Source: an uncultured Gemmatimonadales bacterium
GTDB taxonomy: Bacteria; Gemmatimonadota; Gemmatimonadetes; Gemmatimonadales; Gemmatimonadaceae
Reading direction: 5' to 3'
NCBI GenBank assembly: GCA_963850905.1
Contig: CAWKMU010000003.1
Location: 2,400,001 to 2,464,000, forward strand
Length of the DNA stretch: 64,000 nt
Position numbers and translations under genes: made by a program
In this document: piece after piece, positions 57,240-64,000 of the stretch
Numbering within the stretch: the stretch's first letter is position 1
How the letters are laid out: each line of letters opens with the position of its first letter
Notes under the pieces: generated by a model
What the model was told of the DNA's origin: nothing
The model's database searches: none
The model's input: the letters and a program-made list of their open reading frames with translations, nothing else

Positions 57240-59504
57240 ATGGCCAGTTCCGCCCGGATCGAGGAACTCGAGCGAAAATTCAACGAGAACCCACGCCGGT
57301 ATTTTGCGCCCCTCGCCAACGAATATCGTAAGGCAGGGGATCTCGAGCAGGCCATCGCGATTTGCCGGACATACGTGCCACAGCAGCCCGCGCACATGAG
57401 CGGGCATATTGTTTTTGGCCAGGCGTTGTTCGAGGCGGGCGAGCACGAGGAGGCGCGCGGCGTGTTCGAGGCTGCGCTCGCGCTCGACCCTGAGAATCTG
57501 ATCGCGCTGCGCCACCTGGGCGATATCGCCCGCGAGCGCGGCGAATTGTCTGCTGCGCGGACCTGGTATCAACGTGTGCTCGACGCGGATCCGCGGAACG
57601 ACGAAGTGGCCGCCCTACTGTCATCGCTCGACGGTGTGACAACGCGGCCCGCCCCCGATGTGCCGACATGGGCGGAGATCAATCCGGAGCGCACGCTGGA
57701 ATTGCCGCCCGGCATCCTTGAGACGGCCACTCGCGAAACCGTCCTGGGGGCCGCAGCCGGCGCACCCTTCAGCACAGCGCCAACGCCCGTGCCCGCGCCG
57801 AGCAGCGGGGTTGCGGACACACTACAGCCGCCGCCGCCCGGTTTGCCGCGGCCCGGCTGGTTGCGCGACACACCCGTGCGGGTCGAGGATATTCCGGGGC
57901 CAGGCCTCGTCGATCTCGAGCCACTCGACGTCGCTCCGGCCAAGCCGTTCGACACTGCAGCGCCCTCGCACTCGCAGACGGCGCCTCCTGGACCCGCTGG
58001 CACCGGCGCCGGCCACTCTGGCGAAGCCACCCAGGGTCTCGAGCTCGAGCAGCCCGACGCAACGCCTTCAGAAGCCGACGCGGGCCACGGTGCGTTTCAC
58101 GCTCCCGTAGGCGGCTTGGAGTCGATGGAGTTTGTCGCGCCTGCGCGACCGGAGGCACCTGCCCCGGTCGCGCACGCCCCGGAGTCCGTCCGCCCGGCAG
58201 CAGGGGATGAGACGCCGGCCGTGTTTGTGACTGAAACGATGGCGGAGCTGTACCTGCAGCAAGGCTTCCGCGACGAAGCGTTGAGCGTCTACCGCCAGTT
58301 GTTGGCGCAAAACCCCAACGACTCCACGCTGCGTAGCCGAGTCGAAAATCTCGAAGGCGGTGCGTCGTCAAGCGTCGGCGACGCGGCTGGCGTTGGCGTC
58401 AATGTACCCGATGCCGCCGTACCCGTCACGGTTCGCGCATTCTTCGCCGCGCTCGCAACGCGCGGCTGGAACGGCACGGCGGTCGATCTGCCAATGCCGC
58501 CCGACGCGTACGAGGACGCATCGCACGAGGGCGCCGGTGAGGTTGAGCAGGGGCCCGAGCCGACGCCTCACGAGGCAGCGGCTGCCGCCCCCGCCGCTGC
58601 AGGTGAGCAGGGGGCGCCGGAAGCGATCGCCGAGCCATCAGCCGTCGAGTCGCAACCGGTGACCGAAGGCACATCGGGACATCCCGTGGCCGATGGCCAT
58701 GATGCGACAGCGCATGCCGCCCACGGAGAGGAAGCAGCGCCCGGCGCATCCCCTCGCGTTGAGGCGGAGCCCGCGATCAAGCTCGACATCGACCCGCTCA
58801 GTCACGAGGAGCGCCAGAGCGGCAGCGTGCGGGTCATGGATGAATTCGGATACGGCGGCATCGCGTCGATGGTCACGGCCGGCGGCTCGGAGTACGATGT
58901 CGCGTCGTATGATGCCGCCGACATGTCGGGGTCGATGGAGCAGATCCCGTCCGAGCCTTCGCCCGAGGCAGCGGCGGCGTCGACGCCGCCCGAACCGGCC
59001 GTGCACACTGCTGCGCCAGGCGCGACCGAGTCGGGCCCGATAGCTGGGCACCACTCGGCGGATCCGAGCGAGGCGAACGGCACGGCTCCGGAGCCTCTGG
59101 TGCGCAAGCCGATGCAGACGGGGTCTGTCAACGTGCTATTCCCGCAGCAGTCAGTGAAGGTGGCGGACGAGACGGCGGCGGCGACACTGTCCGGCGCCTT
59201 TGGTGGCCCGTCGCCGTCGGCCGTCACGAGCCCGGGCCATCCGGCACGTCCGGCGACGAACGAGCTATCGCTCGACAGCATTTTCCGCGAATCTGCCCCG
59301 CCGCCGGAGCCACGGCGGGAGCAGGGCGCCTTTTCCTTCGATCAGTTCTTCACCGACAACGCGCCGCCCACCCGCGCGGCGCCTGGCCCCGGCACTCCCG
59401 CCTCAGGGCCGCCGCCAGGTGGGACAGCGGAGGAGCCGTCCGCCGAGGCCCCCTCAGACGCCGAGCAATTCACCAGTTGGCTATCGGGGCTGAAGAAGAA
59501 GTGA
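57240..59504 (+). CDS. TPR protein with long disordered linkers
   Basis: N-terminal TPRs (FAPLANEYRKAG, LDPENLIALRHLGD), internal TETMAELYLQQG TPR, C-terminal FTSWLSGLKK; SD gggag. Confidence 0.8.
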   Translation: MASSARIEELERKFNENPRRYFAPLANEYRKAGDLEQAIAICRTYVPQQPAHMSGHIVFGQALFEAGEHEEARGVFEAALALDPENLIALRHLGDIARERGELSAARTWYQRVLDADPRNDEVAALLSSLDGVTTRPAPDVPTWAEINPERTLELPPGILETATRETVLGAAAGAPFSTAPTPVPAPSSGVADTLQPPPPGLPRPGWLRDTPVRVEDIPGPGLVDLEPLDVAPAKPFDTAAPSHSQTAPPGPAGTGAGHSGEATQGLELEQPDATPSEADAGHGAFHAPVGGLESMEFVAPARPEAPAPVAHAPESVRPAAGDETPAVFVTETMAELYLQQGFRDEALSVYRQLLAQNPNDSTLRSRVENLEGGASSSVGDAAGVGVNVPDAAVPVTVRAFFAALATRGWNGTAVDLPMPPDAYEDASHEGAGEVEQGPEPTPHEAAAAAPAAAGEQGAPEAIAEPSAVESQPVTEGTSGHPVADGHDATAHAAHGEEAAPGASPRVEAEPAIKLDIDPLSHEERQSGSVRVMDEFGYGGIASMVTAGGSEYDVASYDAADMSGSMEQIPSEPSPEAAAASTPPEPAVHTAAPGATESGPIAGHHSADPSEANGTAPEPLVRKPMQTGSVNVLFPQQSVKVADETAAATLSGAFGGPSPSAVTSPGHPARPATNELSLDSIFRESAPPPEPRREQGAFSFDQFFTDNAPPTRAAPGPGTPASGPPPGGTAEEPSAEAPSDAEQFTSWLSGLKKK

Positions 59505-59983
59505 AAATCGCGGTTCTCAATGGGCCCAATCTGAACCTCCTCGGCACCCGGGAACCGGCAGTGTATGGCACGACGACGCTCGCGGATATCGAGCGACGGT
59601 TGCGCGTGGTTGCGCGCGAGATCGGTACCGATCTGTCGTTTGCCCAGCACAACGGTGAAGGCGCGCTCATCGACGCGATCCACGCCCTTCGCGGCGACGC
59701 GGATGGTGCGATCGTCAATGCGGGCGCGTACAGTCATTCGAGTCTGGCCATTCGGGATGCGCTGGCGGCCGTGGCGGTCCCTTTTGTCGAAGTCCACCTG
59801 ACGAACATCTATGCGCGCGAGCCCGAGCGGCGTCACTCGATGCTCGCCCCGGGGGCACGGGCGGTACTCTGCGGCTTCGGCCCGGACGGCTACGAGTGGG
59901 GGCTGCGTGGGTTGGCCGCCATGCTTGCTCCGCGGGGCGCGCAGGAAGTGGCGGCCAGGTCGCGGCGCGGCCGTCGTGGCTGA
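59501..59983 (+). CDS. aroQ: Type II 3-dehydroquinate dehydratase
   Basis: LNGPNLNLLGTREP.VYG, NAGAYSHSS, EVHLTNIYARE. Confidence 0.96.
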   Translation: MKIAVLNGPNLNLLGTREPAVYGTTTLADIERRLRVVAREIGTDLSFAQHNGEGALIDAIHALRGDADGAIVNAGAYSHSSLAIRDALAAVAVPFVEVHLTNIYAREPERRHSMLAPGARAVLCGFGPDGYEWGLRGLAAMLAPRGAQEVAARSRRGRRG

Positions 59984-61067
59984 CCGGCGGGCCGCCCGCG
60001 TCAGTGCGCTGGCGAGCGCGCTGGCGCGAGAGGGATTGGATGGGGTCCTGCTGACCAGCGCCCCCAACATCCGTTATATCACCGGCTTTTCCGGGTCGAG
60101 CGCTCTGGCGTTTGCGACGGTGCGCGGCGACGTCCTGTTTGTCACCGACTTTCGCTACAAGACGCAAGCGGCGGACGAGGTGGGCGCCGCCGCCCGGATC
60201 GCGATCGAGCCGCAGAGTCTCTGGACGGGCCTCTGGCAACTGCTGCCATCGTTGCCGTACGTGGAGGTCGCCGGGTTCGAGTCGGGGCACATCGTACACC
60301 GCGACTTTCAGCGTCTCCTCGAAGCCGGCGGACGTTGGAACTGGCGTCCAACCATGGATATCGTCGAGACGCTCCGGGAGGCCAAGGACCCCGACGAGCT
60401 CGCGCGGATCAAAGAGGCGGCCGGCGTAGCGACGCGAGCCCTCGGGCGCACGCTGCCCCTGGTGACGCCTGGCCTCACCGAGCTGGCGGTTGCCGGGCGA
60501 CTCGAGCATGCGCTGCGGGACGAAGGGTCGGAGGGATTCCCGTTTCCCACGATCGTCGCCTCGGGCCCGCGATCAGCCCTGCCGCACGCTGCCACGTCCA
60601 CTCGGGAGATCGTGCGCGGCGACCTTCTTCTGTTCGACTTTGGGGCGACGGTCGGGGGATACTGCGCAGACGTTACCCGGACGGTGGTGGTCGGACCGCC
60701 CACATCGGAGCAGCGCGAGGTCTACGACATCGTCCGTGCCGCCAACGAGACTGCCGCGGCCCAGGTGCGCGCCGGTATGCGCGGGCGAGATGCCGACGCG
60801 GTCGCGCGAGAGTACATTGATCGCCGCGGATACGGGGAGGCGTTCGGGCACAGCCTGGGACACGGGCTGGGGCTCGAGGTGCACGAGGCTCCCAGACTCT
60901 CGCGAACGGCCGAGGGCGTGCTCGCGGTCGGAGCGGTGGTGACGATTGAGCCGGGGATTTATCGACCGGGGTGGGGTGGGGTGCGGATCGAAGATGATGT
61001 CCATCTGGGTGCGGACGGGACCGACGTACTCACACAATTTGCACGAGAGCTGTTGGTGGTGGGATGA
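59976..61067 (+). CDS. Xaa-Pro aminopeptidase (M24B)
   Basis: NIRYITGFSGS, TDFRY, ALPHA, DFGA..GYCADVTRT, HSLGHGLGLEVHE, TIEPG, RIEDD. Confidence 0.93.
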   Translation: MADRRAARVSALASALAREGLDGVLLTSAPNIRYITGFSGSSALAFATVRGDVLFVTDFRYKTQAADEVGAAARIAIEPQSLWTGLWQLLPSLPYVEVAGFESGHIVHRDFQRLLEAGGRWNWRPTMDIVETLREAKDPDELARIKEAAGVATRALGRTLPLVTPGLTELAVAGRLEHALRDEGSEGFPFPTIVASGPRSALPHAATSTREIVRGDLLLFDFGATVGGYCADVTRTVVVGPPTSEQREVYDIVRAANETAAAQVRAGMRGRDADAVAREYIDRRGYGEAFGHSLGHGLGLEVHEAPRLSRTAEGVLAVGAVVTIEPGIYRPGWGGVRIEDDVHLGADGTDVLTQFARELLVVG

Positions 61068-61070
61068 AAG

Positions 61071-61164
61071 CGTGGACGCTAGACGCTAGTGACCAAATCT
61101 CAAGGGCCAGCCTCGACGCGCTGCAGCTGGCGCTCGAGGTTCGTTCCAGCGTCCAGCGTCTGGC
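61071..61164. repeat. Palindromic intergenic element, GACGCTG-arm type
   Basis: tggacgctagacgctag..caaatctcaagggccagc...gctggcgctcgaggtt..ccagcgtccagcgtctggc. Confidence 0.8.
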
Positions 61165-61250
61165 CTCTCTAACGCAGAACGTCGGGACCGAGCTATGATG
61201 TGGGGTCACGCAGGGCGTCGTGTGACGCCAGGGCACGTTTCTCCATCTAT

Positions 61251-61772
61251 ATGATCGATCTCCGCTACCTCAAAAAACTGATCGATATCCTGGACGGGTC
61301 GACGGTCGACTCGATCGAGATCTCGACTGACAAGGGGATGAAGATCCGCATCTCCAAGTCGCCTTCGCAGCGAGGGACGGTACAGGTTGCGACACAAGTT
61401 CCGATGCCGGCGCTCATGTCGGCGCCGGCGCGGCTGACACCAGGCGAAGGCGTGTCGACATACGGCGAAGGCGGCGTGGCCACCGGCGCTCCGTCGATGG
61501 GGGAAACGAAGGCGGACGCGAAGCCGAAGCTGTTGGAGGTGAAGTCGCCGATGGTGGGAACGTTCTACTCGGCGCCCGAACCAGGAGCGAAGGCGTACGT
61601 GAGTGAGGGCACCCGAATCGTGAAAGGCGAGATCGTGTGCATCATCGAAGCGATGAAGATCATGAACGAGATCGAATCCGAGTTCAGCGGAGTTGTGCGC
61701 GAAGTGCTCGTTCAGGATTCCCACCCGGTCGAGTACGGGCAGGTGCTCTTCCGCATCGATCCGAACGGCTAG
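61251..61772 (+). CDS. accB: Acetyl-CoA carboxylase biotin carboxyl carrier protein
   Basis: VKSPMVGTFYSAPEP, biotinylation motif IIEAMKIMNEI, VEYGQVLF. Confidence 0.97.
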   Translation: MIDLRYLKKLIDILDGSTVDSIEISTDKGMKIRISKSPSQRGTVQVATQVPMPALMSAPARLTPGEGVSTYGEGGVATGAPSMGETKADAKPKLLEVKSPMVGTFYSAPEPGAKAYVSEGTRIVKGEIVCIIEAMKIMNEIESEFSGVVREVLVQDSHPVEYGQVLFRIDPNG

Positions 61773-61788
61773 ACCTGGGTCAATCTCT

Positions 61789-61944
61789 TGACGCTGGACG
61801 CTGGCGCTGGAGAACAGGCCCCGGGTTCGAGCTAGACGCGCCGTAGCTGGCCCCGAGGTTTGTTTCCAGCGTCCGGCGTCCAGCGTCTAGCGTCTAGCTG
61901 TACTGGCGCGCACCAGGACCTTGGCGTCAGACGTTGGACGTTAG
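61789..61944. repeat. GACGCTG-arm palindromic element plus an extra left arm abutting the pilT SD
   Basis: gacgctggacgctggcgctgg...ctggccccgaggtttgtttccagcgtccggcgtccagcgtctagcgtctagc, then cagacgttggacgttag-aggagg. Confidence 0.78.
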
Positions 61945-61962
61945 AGGAGGCAGGGGTCACGC

Positions 61963-63219
61963 ATGGCACAGGTGAGTCCGAAAGGAGCCCCCGCAGCGGC
62001 TGGGGGCGAGAGCACGACAGTGGACGCGCCTGCGCCGGCGGCACCGACGACAGCGGCGGGAAGTGGTGGGGGCGCAGCGGCCGCACCGGCCGCGACGGGT
62101 CCCTTCAACTTCAAGGCGATCCTGCAGGAGATGATCCGGCAGAACGCGTCCGACTTGCATCTCAAGGTCGGTCGCCCGCCGACGCTGCGTGTCCAGGGGC
62201 AGCTCGCCCCGGTCAGTCATCCAGCCATGCGGCCGGAGGATCTCAAGTCGCTGGCCGAGCAGGTCATGTCGCCGCGCCAGGTCAAGGAATTCGCCGAGAA
62301 CAAGGAGGCGGATTTCGCGATCGGCGTGCCGGGCATTGGACGGTTCCGCGTCAACGTCTATCAGCAGCGCGGGACGATCGCGTACGCCCTTCGATCCATT
62401 CCGTATCAGGCGAGCACGATCGAGGAGCTCAATCTCCCGAAGATCGTGGAGGACGTCGCGCTGCGGGCGCGTGGGTTGATTCTCGTCACCGGCATTACGG
62501 GGTCGGGCAAATCGACGGCCCTCGCCGCGATGATCCAGTTCATCAACGAGCGGCGGCACGCGAATATCATCACGATCGAGGACCCGATCGAGTTCCTGCA
62601 CCGCGACATCAACTGTCACATCAATCAGCGGGAAGTTGGCACGGACACCGGCAGCTTCGCGCAGGCGTTGCGCCGCGTCTTGCGCCAGGACCCCGACGTC
62701 GTGCTGTTGGGCGAAATTCGCGACCTCGACACACTCGACACGGCGCTCAAGGCGGCGGACACGGGACACCTCGTGTTCTCGACGCTCCACACGACCGACG
62801 CGTCGCAGACGATCAACCGCGTGCTCTCGTTCTATCCGCCGCACCAGCAGGCGGAGGTCCGGTTCTCGCTGTCTACGGCCCTGACGGCCGTGATCTCGTT
62901 GCGTCTCGTGCCGCGTCGGGACAAGGCGGGTCGGGTCCCGGCGTGCGAGGTATTGATCAACACCGCCGCCGTCCGTGACAACATCCGAGACATGACGAAA
63001 TCCCTCAACATCCCGGAGCTGATCAAGGAGGGTACGGTGCAGTACGGGATGCAGAGCTTCGATCAGTCGCTCATGATGTGGTACACGAAGCACGTGATCT
63101 CGTACGAGAACGCGCTGTTCTACGCGACGAATCCCAGCGAGTTCGCCCTGCGCGTCCAGGGCGTGGCCAGCTCGAGCGATACGACGTGGGATGCGTTCCA
63201 GCAGGATGCGAATGCGTGA
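61963..63219 (+). CDS. Type IV pilus retraction ATPase, PilT/PilU family
   Basis: ASDLHLKVG, RFRVNVY, Walker A GITGSGKST, TIEDPIE, LRQDPD, GEIRD, His box GHLVFSTLHT, GMQSFDQSL. Confidence 0.93.
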   Translation: MAQVSPKGAPAAAGGESTTVDAPAPAAPTTAAGSGGGAAAAPAATGPFNFKAILQEMIRQNASDLHLKVGRPPTLRVQGQLAPVSHPAMRPEDLKSLAEQVMSPRQVKEFAENKEADFAIGVPGIGRFRVNVYQQRGTIAYALRSIPYQASTIEELNLPKIVEDVALRARGLILVTGITGSGKSTALAAMIQFINERRHANIITIEDPIEFLHRDINCHINQREVGTDTGSFAQALRRVLRQDPDVVLLGEIRDLDTLDTALKAADTGHLVFSTLHTTDASQTINRVLSFYPPHQQAEVRFSLSTALTAVISLRLVPRRDKAGRVPACEVLINTAAVRDNIRDMTKSLNIPELIKEGTVQYGMQSFDQSLMMWYTKHVISYENALFYATNPSEFALRVQGVASSSDTTWDAFQQDANA

Positions 63220-63248
63220 GGGCGACCTGGCTTAGCGTGGGAGCCTGA

Positions 63249-63441
63249 ACGGCGGGTCTCGGGTTTCGGGTCGGGGAACCACAACGGCGAACGACAACTC
63301 CTGGGCGGGCTGAAGCCCGCCCCTACATGTCGGATGGACGGTGAACGTCCGGAGCGCAGCAAGGACGATTCGACGACCGTCGACGAATTCGATTCTTGCG
63401 CCGTACGCAGCAACATGTAGGGGCGGCCTTCAGGCCGCCCT
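63249..63441 (-). repeat. Heptamer arm plus inverted GTAG-REP doublet (reverse-orientation counterpart of 47424-47611)
   Basis: cgggtct cgggttt cgggtcg..gggcgggctgaagcccgcccctacatgtcgg ... cgcagcaacatgtaggggcggccttcaggccgccc. Confidence 0.85.
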
Positions 63442-63535
63442 TTTCGTCGTCGCGGTTTCGTGCCCAAGTCCCGTCCCAGCCACTCGGGCTCAGACTCCCT
63501 CACCTGCAGCCCCTCCCTCCGTTACCTTCCCGAAC

Positions 63536-64000
63536 GTGTTCTCCAAAGTCCTGATTGCCAACCGGGGCGAGATTGCGCTGCGAGTCATTCGCGCGTGTCG
63601 TGAGCTCGGTTTGCAGACGGTCGCGGTGTATTCGGAGGCCGATCGCGACTCGTTGCACGTGCGGTTCGCGGACGATGATGTCTGTATCGGACCGCCGCCG
63701 TCCCGCGATTCGTATCTGAATAGCCCGCGGCTGATCGCCGCGGCCGAGATCACCGGCGCGGACGCGATCCATCCCGGGTATGGCTTCCTGGCAGAGAATG
63801 CGGAATTCGCCGAGACCTGTGTCGCCTCGAATCTGACGTTCATCGGGCCGACCGCCGAGCAGATCCGGGTCATGGGCGACAAGGCAGCCGCGCGAAACGC
63901 GATGGCGGCCGCTGGCGTGCCGATCATCCCGGGTACCCCGGGGCCGGTGGAAGACTCGGATGAGGCGTTGGCCTTTGCCCGGGATATTGGGTTCCCGGTC
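63536..64000 (+). CDS. accC: Biotin carboxylase (runs off window end)
   Basis: [44 protein letters not shown] read directly from the sequence. Confidence 0.95.
   Translation, partial: MFSKVLIANRGEIALRVIRACRELGLQTVAVYSEADRDSLHVRFADDDVCIGPPPSRDSYLNSPRLIAAAEITGADAIHPGYGFLAENAEFAETCVASNLTFIGPTAEQIRVMGDKAAARNAMAAAGVPIIPGTPGPVEDSDEALAFARDIGFPV

Overview
High-GC bacterial chromosomal segment, most likely Gemmatimonadota (inferred from protein style and gene order). It is almost entirely + strand housekeeping and envelope genes, in this order: carB; a wbpD-wbpB-wbpE-wbpA diacetamido-uronic acid pathway running into wzi-wza-wzc-ugd-uxs; TPR-bamD-nadD-secA; radC-relA-uvrB-tsaE-tsaB-rimI-ssb; a TsaP-like LysM protein; ccsA-sirC-hemA-epimerase; tolQ-tolR-tolA-tolB-pal-cpoB-tatC-lptD; a lipoprotein; hutH-hutU-radical SAM-hutI; an SgmX-like TPR protein, a polyprenyl synthase, a small membrane protein and tatA; ppiD (minus strand); TPR-aroQ-pepP-accB-pilT/U-accC (truncated). 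Eight genes in the first ~30.7 kb carry single-base frameshifts that look like long-read errors. No rRNA, tRNA, CRISPR array, integrase or transposase was seen. The most unusual signal is non-coding: about a dozen intergenic sites carry parts of a modular palindromic element. It has inverted arms of 7-bp tandem repeats (GGGGTCA-type or GACGCTG-type; a GGAGAAA-type arm also occurs) around either a shared GAGGGCCAG...CTGGCCCTC hairpin or a pair of GTAG-type REP sequences. Most copies start within a few bases of a stop codon, and several flank genes that interrupt normally contiguous operons (pilT/U between accB and accC; a radical SAM gene inside hut).
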